A DNA stretch of 63,969 nucleotides, filler included, from Phoronis australis (lineage: Eukaryota > Animalia > Phoronida), in the NCBI GenBank assembly GCA_002633005.1. It is 9 parts of 9 records of this genome, joined end to end, with 100 filler letters (N's around TTAATTAATTAA, not from the genome) between each part and the next. Parts side by side here need not be neighbours in the genome. Positions count along the whole stretch, not along the records: positions 38,495 to 46,492 come from NMRA01000482.1; positions 46,593 to 50,729 come from NMRA01002689.1; positions 50,830 to 54,452 come from NMRA01002936.1; 6 more parts are not named here. The stretch is one strand, 5' to 3'. Every line of letters begins with the position of its first letter. Position 1 is the first letter of the stretch. The translations under genes and the position numbers were made by a program. Under the pieces are notes generated by a model. That model was not told where the DNA came from, searched no databases, and saw only the letters and a list, made by a program, of their open reading frames with translations. Shown one piece after another: positions 41,300 through 52,605 of this stretch.

Positions 41300-41701
41300 A
41301 TGGAAGACGCCGGGCCAACTTACAAGACCCTACCGGCCGTATACCTGGACGCGTCGGTGGAGGGACACTGGATTTGTTTTAGGGCAGACCCAAGTGCCGA
41401 TGTTACAATTTTATCTTTGGAGGACTTCGCCAAGGTCCTGGATGGCATGACGCGGGAGCTGGAGGGACTTCCCTGCGACAACCAGTCGTGGGGCTGTCCG
41501 CGTGAGGCGGACGTCTCCTATGCCCGGGTCCGCTATGACCGGCGGAGCCGACAGGTCGACGTCATCGATGTGTACATGTTGGAGGTGGAGATAGGAGGGC
41601 GGCCGACCAGGCACATGCCCGTGGCTGTGGCGGATGTCCCCGAGAGTCTGCTGGCGGGCGATTTCTTCCATACGCAGCATACTCACCCGCTGCAGCTGTA
41701 G
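41300..41701 (+). CDS. Intact 133-aa accessory ORF of the LTR element, retropepsin-like with altered catalytic motif (DPS for DTG)
   Basis: Open from ATG to TAG and GC-rich relative to its flanks. VYLDASVEGHWICFRADPSADVTILSLEDFAKV and LEVEIGG...VAVADVPESLLAGDFF parallel the retropepsin pattern FLVDTGA.VTI.S ... I.IGG...V.VAD....LG.DFL. Confidence 0.6.
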   Translation: MEDAGPTYKTLPAVYLDASVEGHWICFRADPSADVTILSLEDFAKVLDGMTRELEGLPCDNQSWGCPREADVSYARVRYDRRSRQVDVIDVYMLEVEIGGRPTRHMPVAVADVPESLLAGDFFHTQHTHPLQL

Positions 41702-42082
41702 GCAGGTGTCGGTAGTAATATGTTATATTCTTAGTTAGTAAATTTGGGGTGGAGTGTTGCATAATTACGCTTTGTGTTGATTTATTGAATTGAGGTATGG
41801 TTTGGTGGCGTGATGTTGGATTGATACGGTTTATTAATGTATATGTGTGTGATTTCATTATCTTCGTTTAATTGTATTAGTTTAGAGTGGTTGTGAGGTT
41901 TGGTATGTTAACTTGTTTAATGATTAATTGGAGACTGACACTTCTTTTGTTTTATTACTGTTTACACTTTATATCTCGTACAATTGTATAATGATCACCT
42001 GCAGAAACTTTATATTGTCAGGAAATTGCACAGTTGGACAAATATTTTTTTGGTAAATTTTTGGCTTAACAAAAGGGGGGAG

Positions 42083-42759
42083 TGTAATATAATGAGGCTA
42101 TGCCCTCCATGTGCAATAAATTTCATGGGATATGCTATCTCTGAGGTAGTTAAATCCAGGGATAGTGCTCTGATGTTGAAAACCCAGGAATAGAGGCAGT
42201 TATGCAATAATACAGGAATAGTGGCAGCTATGCTAGAATTTTGAGTTATAGGGAGATGGACATATATGTACATGCAGAGTGAGTCCATCGCGTGGTCAGT
42301 TAGTTCGTTATATTCAGCTCGTCATAGAGAGATGGACATATGTGTACATACAGAGTGGGTCCATCCGTGATGCCACTTAGTTTAGTATTTAAAGCACTGG
42401 CTCTCGAGACCAGGGCAGACTGGATCCACCTTAGATCAAAACTCCAGACTACAGGGCACGACTCCAGGGCTGGAAGACAACCTCAGACTTCTAAGACGAA
42501 GCCGGGGCCAGACGAACAACTTCTGTGACCAAAGAGTCAAGGGGAAAAGAACAACTGAGGTATAGACATTTATCACGGGCGTTGGTCTCAGCCTGTTAGT
42601 CAATTTGAACCGGCTAGTGATTGTTCTGGAGGGCTAGTTCTGTTGTGACTTGTTTTGTGTTAACGTGTGCGGTAGCTACGGGAACCAGTGGCACTGTTGA
42701 TTAGTAGTATTCTAGTAGGGATATCTTGTCTCAATCAGTTAGTCGTCAGTCTCACAACA
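42083..42759 (+). repeat. Putative 3' LTR
   Basis: Begins TGTAATATAATGAG directly after the PPT. TATA-like tatttaaa at about 42386. Internal direct repeat gagatggacata...gtccatc at about 42253 and 42329. The 3' end at ctcacaaCA (42759) is tentative because the 5' LTR is not in the window. Confidence 0.65.
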
Positions 42760-43915
42760 TATTGTAATCTATTGTTTGTAAATCACAACGCTGCAAATTA
42801 ATAGACGTATTCTATTGTTAAAGTATTCGTGTGTTGTTTTACTTATTACCACGTGCGCGCCATTTATCGGCCACAACACGCATTGATATACCACACGTCG
42901 AGTTCTTCGCAAACCCAGTGACCATTGAGTAACGAGCAAGTTGAGACCAAATGTGCAGCGGTCTGGTCTGGTCAAAAGTTCGCTTATTGGACCGAGAGCG
43001 GGCTGATAGCCTCTTTAATGTACGAAAAAAATGTTTTTCCTTCGGCGGCAATGCTCTAAGTAATACATGCATCGGGCGATGCTCGGCGATAAAGCCGATT
43101 GACTTCCATTGCGATGGCTTAGAATGTTCAGGCGATTTTTATCGGGTCCGAGGAGTAGGTCCAACTGTGAACCTAAATCTAAGCCGCAATTGGTTCTGAT
43201 GCTTAACTTGAGTTTCAGAGCGAAAAATGATAATCGTATGCCGTTTAAAATCGGCTACAAATGCTCCACCGGGACAGTTTAAACAGTATTTTGACGGACA
43301 AGTGTCTGAAAAGCTATTAAGCAGGTGACGGTAAGCAAACTTCCTTGAAATGATGTTCCATGGTCTCAGCTAAGATTATAAATTAGTGCAAACCAAAGAT
43401 ATTAGCAAAGCTTAATTTTCGCATGAGACCGAATTACAGTGACATTCGAATCTCGCTGTATTTACTCGCAATGCCGCAAAAATCGTTCGTATGATTTATA
43501 TTTTTTCAGGTGCATTACATCCAATGCCAACAAAGTATTACAGCGGTGCTGTGAGTTCTAACTCCAACTGGTCAAGGCAGGATAATTTGACAAATATCAA
43601 TGGATGCGTGATGTGAGGTGCTCCGTCTTCTCTATCAAAGACAGGAAAATGCGGAGGTAGTGGATAAAGCAAGTTTGTCAGGTTAATTTCTTGAAAATAC
43701 CGTTTCAATTTTGGTGCTTAATGCGCGTGGAATAGGGAATGATTCTACGGCCACACAGCTCAAGTCAAAACGTGCTGACATTTCAAACCATGGACAATGA
43801 AAACAACAGGCTTCCTTACCTCTGGGAGAAAGGAAACTTCTATTGTGAAATCCGGGACGGCCCTACTAGACACCTATTACCCCGATGATGGGAGGACGCA
43901 GGCCCCCACTGACCT

Positions 43916-44701
43916 ATGCTATTAACCTCGACAGAATCGAATGTCATCATTGCTTTCAACAGGGAAGCTCGGGAATGGCCTCCTGGAGTAGCCCAAGCAT
44001 TGTGCCGTCAGCAATGGCGTGATCTTGGCGGTATTAATGCCATCATTGTAGCAACTGATGGATCCTTCGATGGTGAAACTAATCGTGCGGGATGGGGCTA
44101 TCAAATACGCTGTGCTAACAACGTCATTGCGGAAGGTAGTGGCTGCCACCATATATACACAAGCAGCACGCGGATGGAGTTTGAGGCTATACAACGTGGC
44201 CTAACCAAGCTGTCACTCCTAGACCTGGAGAATCACACCATTATCTTTGCCACCGATTCCATGGCAGTGTTGATGAAAGTTCAATCTGGAAACCTCCCAG
44301 CCAACTGGGGTGTCTTCCGATCACGCCACCCTCATCATGTGGTGATCTGGTCTTTCGTACCTGGCCACGCCGGTGTCTTGATTAATGAGCGTGCAGATTA
44401 CCTCGCTGGCTCATGCACCACCAACCAACCCCTCTACTTATATTCGGCTGACGTTAAGCTGCTGGCTCGCAAACGCAACCTCGAGCAGACTGCATCCCAG
44501 CTGGCTGAGTTCAATGATGGCAGCCGCCTGCTCGAAGCCGGTATTATTTATGGCCATGTTGCGAAGAGTCACAAGAAGGGCCGTGCCCGAGTGCTGCCTA
44601 ATCAAATGCTTACAGGCAACGTCAGCCCTGGAGTTCTGCGCCTTCTGCTGTCACGGGGATGGTCTGGGGAGGGGATTAATGCACCAGCATATCCCCAATG
44701 A
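43916..44701 (+). CDS. RNase H domain and C-terminus of a 5'-truncated non-LTR retrotransposon (Ingi/I-group-like)
   Basis: Catalytic D-E-D-D intact in ATDGS, TRMEFEAI, ATDSMAVL and VPGHAGVLINERADYLA. REAREWP lies upstream and NQMLTGNVS..L..LL downstream, as in invertebrate RNH-bearing LINEs. Intronless; the frame is broken upstream of the ATG. Confidence 0.8.
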   Translation: MLLTSTESNVIIAFNREAREWPPGVAQALCRQQWRDLGGINAIIVATDGSFDGETNRAGWGYQIRCANNVIAEGSGCHHIYTSSTRMEFEAIQRGLTKLSLLDLENHTIIFATDSMAVLMKVQSGNLPANWGVFRSRHPHHVVIWSFVPGHAGVLINERADYLAGSCTTNQPLYLYSADVKLLARKRNLEQTASQLAEFNDGSRLLEAGIIYGHVAKSHKKGRARVLPNQMLTGNVSPGVLRLLLSRGWSGEGINAPAYPQ

Positions 44702-46104
44702 TCCTGTCCGTGACAGGTATACAGGTATATCCTCGACAGAACGTACAAAACATCAACTCAACAAAACGTTCGTCGTAATGCCTGGTTTAATGCTTCAGCC
44801 ACGAGTGCTACGAAGTCTTGACTTATGAAGTAATCATGAGTTATTGAACGGGTGAGACAGTTGCTGAAAGTGACTCAAGAGTTAATCACAAGTCAAGGCT
44901 TCAGTTTGCAGCCCTGACTAACAGCATTGGAACATTGCAGCATACATTACTCCTGATGTTTTGTTTGAGTGGGCTTGTACGCTGACTACCTGTGATTGAG
45001 AAATGTGAGAAAATATTATTTTTTGCACCGATTGGTAACTTCTCACCCCGATGCCTGACACACCAGTTAATCTCGCAATAAAAGCCCTACTGTGGGTTGC
45101 TGAGACTATCTTAGCTCGGAAACTCGTAAACGTTGTTGTATTAAATCATATGCATGCCGCTAACTTAGGGCTGCTTTTGTCGAATATCACGCTCTAATGC
45201 GTCTTGCATTGAAAAGCAAATTTCATACCTTAATAGTTTAAAATTGCCGCTAGGTCACATTTCTTCAGGTTTCCTTGATATAGGCTAGTGTGCAGTCATA
45301 TGTTTTACAAATCCTAAATGTGAAGTTCCGCTGAAATGTAAAAGTGTATCTAGCACCCATATGAGAATTCAGGATGCGTCCCTTGAATTTAGTATGTAAA
45401 TATAGAATTTTCAAATTGTTGACTTGGACACCCCATTTTCAAAAAAAATCCTTGATTCGAACCACACTTTTTTAAAAGATGATGGATCCCTCCCTAAGAC
45501 CTGTTGTAACAAGTGCGATTTTTTTCATACTATTTTGTAACTCACAGAGATCGCCGAACGTCAATTCCTTAAACGTCATTTTTGGCGTAAAACCAGTCAT
45601 GGGCCACTTGTTTAGTGCACGCTGTTATCAAAACGAAGATTTGTGGCACTTTCGCGGAATGCTAAGGCTTAATTTGGCAACGGAGTTCTAAGCAAATGCC
45701 AGACGCTGTTTGGCATCTTTCTGATTGATTTAGAATTTCGAGCCAAAGTTTATGGAGATCTTCGTTGAAAATTGTAATTTTAGAGAAAGCTGAATAACGT
45801 AATTGCAGAGGTTCAATCCCTATTTGCATACTCATGATAGACAAAGTATAATCTAACTGCACTAGAGGTGAGACTGTAAGTAGCCAATTACTGCTAGGTT
45901 GTGTTGTCGATGTTGTTTTTCAGTCTGGGTAATTTTGGGAACTATGTTGTAATTCATTTCAAAAATGAAGAATAAAGGTTTAGAACACTAGTTTTCGCAT
46001 TGCAATTCTTACCTTTCAAATCACTGCTCTTTCAAATCACATTCACCTATGACAAAAAATGCTTCCCAGAACTAGAAGTCTTGTTGAACATCATTAGTAG
46101 GAGG

Positions 46105-46125
46105 TTGACGTTTTGTGATAAAAAA

Positions 46126-46167
<42 letters not shown>

Positions 46168-46492
46168 TGGTAGTGGTAGTGGTAGTGGTAGTGGTAGGGG
46201 TAGGGGCAGCGGCAGCGGCAGCGGCAGCGGCAGCGACAGCGACAGCGGTAGTGGCAGTGGTAGTAGTGATAGTGGGATAGTGGTTAGGTAGTAATTGGTA
46301 GTAGTGTTAGTGGTAGTAACAGTAGTAGCAGTAGTTGTAGAACCAGTAGAAATATTAGTAACGGTAGCTGCATAGCAGCGTATCTGCGTAGTAGCGTATC
46401 TGCGTAACAGCGTAGCTGCATGGTATTGTAGCTGCGTGAAAGGGTATCTGTGCGGTAGTGTAGCTGCGTAGTAGTGTAGCTGCGTAGTAGTG
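46105..46492. repeat. Compound microsatellite (TAG)n-(GTAGTG)n-(GGCAGC)n grading into 15-bp repeats
   Basis: Read directly. Confidence 0.9.
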
Positions 46493-49400
46493 NNNNNNNN
46501 NNNNNNNNNNNNNNNNNNNNNNNNNNNNNNNNNNNNTTAATTAATTAANNNNNNNNNNNNNNNNNNNNNNNNNNNNNNNNNNNNNNNNNNNNAAAAATAC
46601 TTAATTGGTATGTCAATTTACGCGAGTCTGGTTAGAAATCCAATGCTGTGTTATCTCAACATACTGCGGGAAAAATTCTTTAATATGGGACAAAAATAAT
46701 TGCTCACAGGCTTACCACATTGTTGCAAATGCTCAAAGTTCTACCAAGTGCTGTTTAGTAATTGCTCCGCCATACAAAGGATGCCAAAAGCCAAGTGAAT
46801 TTTCCAGAAAAGTTATTTTTGTTGAAAAATTTGACAAAATGAAATTCACCTGTTTGTCGTATTGTGGTCTGTGTCACAAACTGAAGAACTTTCACCGTTG
46901 CAAAATTTTTAATGCTTCATTGCCACATTAGGCGCATTTTCTGACCAACAGCTACAAATGCTTCTTACTGCTTGGGATAATGGTAGTCACTTACTACAGC
47001 ATCTGGACGGCCGGCTTCTGGTTTGGGATTAGCAAACAAAGATGGCTGACAGTGACAACAACTGCCTTTTCATGGCAACATTCTTTCTTGACCATTTTAG
47101 ATATTGCGGACTTTTTCATTGTTTGACTGACAAAAATTGGTTGACTACAATAGAAGGAAAGAATGCAGTGAAATTGGAATGGGAAGCACGTCGTGCAAGC
47201 CAAAAACGAACCCTGTATTTGTTGTTTACTGCATGTAAGGGGCATCTAGGACTGTGTGGACAATGAAACATTCACCATTCCCGGATCTAAGTATGGATTG
47301 CTGCATGTATACAATATATACACAATTTTTACAGGACCACCGATACTTCTATACTCTGATTGGCTGAAACATGGTACGACAACTTCTCATATTCTGGAAT
47401 ATCACTTTTCATTCATGCCGCTCGGGGGATGTCACAAGTCGCTATACGTGATCTGACCAATGAGACGCTGTGGAAACCATAAACCTTCGCTACAGCTGAC
47501 GATGCAAGCACATCAAAGCAGGTGCTAATCTGTTAGGAGTTGAAAAATCAGAGGAAGAAAGCAGCAGTGATCGTTTAATAAATAAATATGGATCGATCCC
47601 TCAGGCATATCAAGTTGCATTGTTCTCTCTCGGACCATATTACCTGATCACCATCACTACTGGTCTGTATTTGTTTACTGTTGGTCTTCCATCATTGAAC
47701 GTCCTAGAGTCTGTTTCGTGAAAAGAAACTTAAAACTTTGGCTTCCGATACACAGTTGCTGAATAAATGTTTTGCTGTATAATTGTTAGCACATCACAGT
47801 TTGGAAGTAATTCATGAAAATTATCTGAGCAACTAAGGAATTATGGGAATATTTTTCTTTTGCTGTGGTGAGAAACTTTTTGTTCAGAAATATTTTTAGT
47901 TTGTTGTATAAGACGAAATTTCTGACTTTGAGTCTCATTTCATGAAACCCCTTATCCACTTACTAACTGAACTTCTGTTCTTTGAGTGGATTGTCAATAT
48001 TTTTAGTTATGACAGGACGCAACCTGTCATGTGCGGGCGCTTTCGCAGAATGGTGCTGTTTGCCTATTTGACCATATGGAATGTTATCAGCCTAATGGGT
48101 TCTGCATCCACTTTTCCTTCTGCATTTTGTACAGATAAAGATAGAATGCCATCAACATTTATGTTAAAATGACTATAATCACGTTCTCCTGTCCAAAATA
48201 AGTTCCTAGTCCCCCCCCCCCCCCCCCCCCCCCNACACAGTCATTAAAGTAATCCTCATTGTTTAGATAGAACACCTAAATCATCTGCGACTCAAGGAAA
48301 GATCTAAGACTCATTTTAGGTTTGGTAGACCCTAAAATTGCAAATTTGTAAATAGCGCATGAGCTCATTGCCTGTGTTTTGAAATTAAGTCGCCCTATTG
48401 TGTTGCTCAGGCAAGTTACAAAAAGGAACAGCAGTTCTAGCGTGGTTATTTTTTATATTTTATTTTTTCTGTTGTAGTTAATGTGTGTTAGCTTATCCAC
48501 AGAGTGTTTGGCTGATTTTGCAAAGTTAATGGGTTTGATTCCACACAATTTAGGACACAGTATGGCAACAAGTGACATTTTTTCCTAAAAGATTAGTAAC
48601 ACCAAATATATGCTATATCATTTTGGGAGGTCTATATATACTATGTATAGCAGACAACCATTCTAATTGTGGGCAATCCACAACATTGTTAGAAGCCTTT
48701 GAAAAATGAAAAATGGCCAGTTTTAGCAATTATTTTTGTCTTAATGAGAATTTACCATTCTCGAGGAGAATGTCCCTTTAATACCACCAAAGAATGCTGT
48801 GAAATTTCAATGGAGGTTGAGTCATGCCTATTCTATGTTTTTAGGGCCTGAAATTACCTTTGTCTTAATTATACATGACTAATGTTGTGACTGTTTTGTA
48901 ATCTTCATTTTTTGCGTATGTATATCTTTGACTGTTGTGAAGTGCTCCTTAAATAATAGTTATTGATATTAATTGATACTATTTTATTCTTCTTTTCCAC
49001 TTTTGTATTTGTATTTCAAATCTATGTGTATGAGAATAAACTGATTATTAAACCAAACTGCAATATACAATGTTCTGGTGTCAAAAATAAATTCCTTCTG
49101 CTATACTTGGTTAAGCAATGTCAAGGCAATCGTATTCTTTGTTGTAATTGTTTTAATTGAAGTGGATTGCAATAAAACGCTTGAAATGCCCCTGGTGGTC
49201 ATAAAGCTTGACTGCTAAAACTGCCCCACCATGACAAGCTAAGTTATAATCCTTGTATGGAGTAATAATTAAATTAAGTTCATTTCAATTCTAATCTTGG
49301 CAACCAACAAGGTGGGAGGATTCTGTAAGGGATTGGTGACTTAAATAAAAACTGTTTTTGACAGAAGGTGCTGGTTTATTGCACATAAATTGTACTGGGT

Positions 49401-51327
49401 ATTGGTATTTTTGATCAAAATTAAATTTAAAAACTATTCAAACAGGTTTGTGATGGATCAGAGACAGTTTGAGATGTACCATAACATCGGCTATGACGCT
49501 TCCTGACTTGTGTTTTCGAATTGTGAAATAATAGGATTCTGTTGTATCATCAGTTTGGGTGGATATCTCGTAAGAAACTCGTTTTGCAGAACGCAGCCCC
49601 ACTTTAATGAGGGTGGACCTTGATAATTTTGTGATTCAGTCGTCTCGGCTGCAAGCGTTGCTAGTCGGGCCCTGTGTACTGTAATCACCTGTCGTGTTTA
49701 CACTGACGAGTTTTTATAGACCTGCTATTTTACTTTTTAATGAACATGACTGCAGTGAACATACCTGAGGTGTCACGGTGTACTGATGAATTTCTTTTTA
49801 AGTTCTGCATGGCGGATCGATGACTGCGCCTTGATGATTTTTACTTGGCCGTTTTGCCGCAAGTCAAATCGTATCTTGTGCTACATGTTCTCTGGTTTAC
49901 TCGCCCTCGTGCGAAAGATTCTGTTAATAACGGTGTCGAGAAGCATTTGTGTCTTGTGCGATAGTTGAATTTCTTCTGATAGTTGATACATAGATGTTTT
50001 TTAAAGTGCTGTCTTTGTCAAAGATTTTTAAAAGATACGTCAACAAGTTGTTGAACATTTAATCCGCGCGATCCCGTTTTGTCGTATTCACATCCTATAA
50101 CATTGCTTCCCATTCGTTGATGTGAAGTTTTTATGCACGTTTTGTGCTTCTTAGTTCATGAAATTGCATTTTACATGCATGAGCCTAGCATTTTTTCGAG
50201 AAATGACGATCTGTTAGTTCTGTGAACACCCAGAAATCACTTCTCATATGGTTTACGAACAAGATGAGAACAATGTTATAGCGGTAAGTGTTCTCAACAA
50301 ATAGTTCTCGTCGTGGACAGATCATAGGTTTAGTACAGCGGGTTTAAAAGTATAACCACATGTAGTATTGGTAAAAGAACGTCTTTGTTATATTCCCAGA
50401 TGTTGTAGTCTTTTTTGGAAGATCGATGGCTCAATTTTTCCCGCAGTGTGAATCGTGCCATTCGTCTATCACATAGGTCTGTTTTTCTCGACTTCTACTG
50501 TGGACTGTGTGCGAAAATAAGTAAAAGGTTACAATGAAGCGCTCGTGTTCTCTCCGCTCTTTTTGTGCGCAGATGTCAAAATCGCTAACTTTCAGCGTGC
50601 CATATGCTTTTGAGTTAGTTGTATTATTATTCTCGATTTTCCATATTCTCACAAGGTTTGACAGCTCGACAAAGTCACCAGGATTAAATCAATGTTGCCG
50701 GCAGTACGTCAATGAAACGACCATTTGTTNNNNNNNNNNNNNNNNNNNNNNNNNNNNNNNNNNNNNNNNNNNNTTAATTAATTAANNNNNNNNNNNNNNN
50801 NNNNNNNNNNNNNNNNNNNNNNNNNNNNNAAGCCTGATAAGAGTGAAGGTGGATAAATGCAGTGTTCCTACAGTTTCTTGTTTTAGTGGATGTGTTCACG
50901 ACATGACATGACCCATAATTTTTTAATTAATAGGTTAATTGTATAAAATCCAACACTTGCAAACAAATTGCCTCCAGGATGACCTGTTAAGAACTTACTA
51001 GATGATCGAGAGACAAGAACTAGACGAAGTTGTCTTGTCCAACATTGTCAAAAACTAAAGTAGCCAAGAGGGTGGTCGGATAAAAACAAAAATGACTTCT
51101 GTCACCGCATCCATCCCTGCCAAACATTTTTATGCCAAATTTCCAGTTGTGCCAAGCACTTTTTGAGATAATGAACCTGTCTTGTCAAAAACTAATGGAG
51201 TGCCACAGTAGTTGAATCCAGCATCCAAAAATTGACTGGTGCTGACACATTCTTGCGATATACTTTTATTTTGAATTTCATCGTGATCAGTGAAACACTT
51301 TTTTCACGAAAACAACAACGGATTTAA

Positions 51328-51375
51328 AACTTGACATGTTTCGGTGTCATTTATTAAACACCATCCTCAGAAGTC
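51328..51375 (-). ncRNA. Minimal type I hammerhead ribozyme in the Penelope pLTR (element sense)
   Basis: GACUU-CUGAGGA-U-GGUGU(loop)ACACC-GAAA-CAU-GUC-AAGUU. It has the CUGANGA and GAAA cores, a 5-bp stem II, palindromic ACAUGU at stem III, a GUC cleavage triplet and stem I pairing. Confidence 0.72.
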
Positions 51376-51617
51376 ATAATACAGTGGCCACCTAGCTAGG
51401 CCCAGCAACAAGTAATGAAGCACAGATACAGTCAGTTACAGGGAGTGACAATGAACTATACCAACAATGACAACCTGTGGTGTGTCAGTTGCCTATTGAG
51501 ATTGGGCTTGCACCAACTGATATGTAAAGCCTCACGAATTTTAAGCTCCTTTGTTGTTACTGCCTGGTCTATTATTGCAAAGTCATTGAAAGAGCACTGC
51601 TGATAACACTGTATTAT

Positions 51618-51665
51618 GACTTCTGAGGATGGTGTTTAATAAATGACACCGAAACATGTCAAGTT
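51618..51665 (+). ncRNA. Inverted copy of the same hammerhead ribozyme
   Basis: gactt ctgagga t ggtgt ttaataaatg acacc gaaa catgtc aagtt on the plus strand. Confidence 0.72.
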
Positions 51666-52605
51666 TTAAATCCGTTGTTGTTTTCGTGAACATATGCTGT
51701 TACTTGCTATCATGGAGATCTTTTGAAACACTTTTTGAGATAATCAACATACAAGGAATAGCTTGTCGAAAACTTAAGCGACCATCATGGAGTACCAAGG
51801 TTGCTAAATCCGCCCAGAAATCGATTGGTGCAGGCGCATCCTTGCCAAGTACCTCTACCAAATTTCATCATGATTTGCCAAGCGGTTCTTAAGATAATTG
51901 GTGGATAAGAAATGATAATGACAGACGGACAGACCACAAAGTTTTTGTGGGTACAGAAAAATTCCATGTGAGATCACAACTCATATCAGTTACCAGAAAC
52001 TTGCTTTTCAAAGACACCTGTGCGCAATAGTTTTGGAAGCCACCAGGTGTCCCTGTTCACCATGTGTCTATAATTTCACTAAGATTTTTCAATTTCATGT
52101 ATCTATGAATCTCAAACTGTCTCCAGGAACACTTTTAGACTGCTATGTCAAGTGAATATTGCAATTTGTCTATATGACTCCTCATACTTTCTATTTAAAA
52201 ATCATCAATTTTCTTATATGCATTAACACCAGTTTAGTGTTGCAGAAATTTTCATTCTAATATGACTGCAGTGCCCATGACTTGAGTAATGGCATAGTGT
52301 ACATATTGCACTCTGTACACTGGCAACATGGGTTTGATTATTGTTTTGAGATATGTTTGGGTATTTTCCAAAGTTAATTTTTGGTGAGTTTTGATTTCTT
52401 TTGAGATGTGATTGACTGAAAATATCAACCTGTCAACATCGACCACCCATAATTTGAGTTTTTTCTGAAGACCACCACCCATGAATTCTTATTTCAACTG
52501 CCGCNCGCCCCCCCCCCCTCCCATACAGATTTTGCTGGAACAGCCCTAAGTAATTTCTGTAACAAAAAGCAGGAAAAATAAAACTGAGCCAAAACGTATC
52601 CTTGC

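Larger units (their letters stand above)
38495..42759 (+). mobile_element. 3' half of an env-bearing Gypsy/Metaviridae LTR retroelement (IN, env relic, extra ORF, PPT, 3' LTR)
   Basis: Integrase ORF, F-like envelope remnants, a 133-aa ORF, and the polypurine tract aaaaggggggag (42071-42082) immediately followed by TG. The 5' part is cut off by the contig end. Confidence 0.85.
51303..51690 (-). mobile_element. Penelope-like element 3' fragment: GIY-YIG C-terminus flanked by inverted pLTRs
   Basis: Minus strand about 51602-51459 reads QQCSFNDFAIIDQAVTTKELKIREALHISWCKPNLNRQLTHHRLSLLV*, matching the PLE GIY-YIG end motif F.I.D....L.I.EALHI....P.LNRQ. Perfect 84-bp inverted repeat at 51303-51386 and 51607-51690. 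Confidence 0.85.
50905..52546 (-). mobile_element. Second, reverse-oriented copy of the Harbinger-type MITE family, with nested insertions
   Basis: 50905-51065 is the reverse complement of about 28700-28852. 52430-52503 is the reverse complement of about 28160-28285. The TIR gattttgctggaacagccc ends at 52546 and is followed by TAA. Confidence 0.7.

Noticed and set aside
49440-50729. Coding-like minus-strand stretches with a possible short intron (about 49690-49765)
   Set aside because: Frames are interrupted by stops and no family motif is recognisable, so a call cannot be supported without a search.
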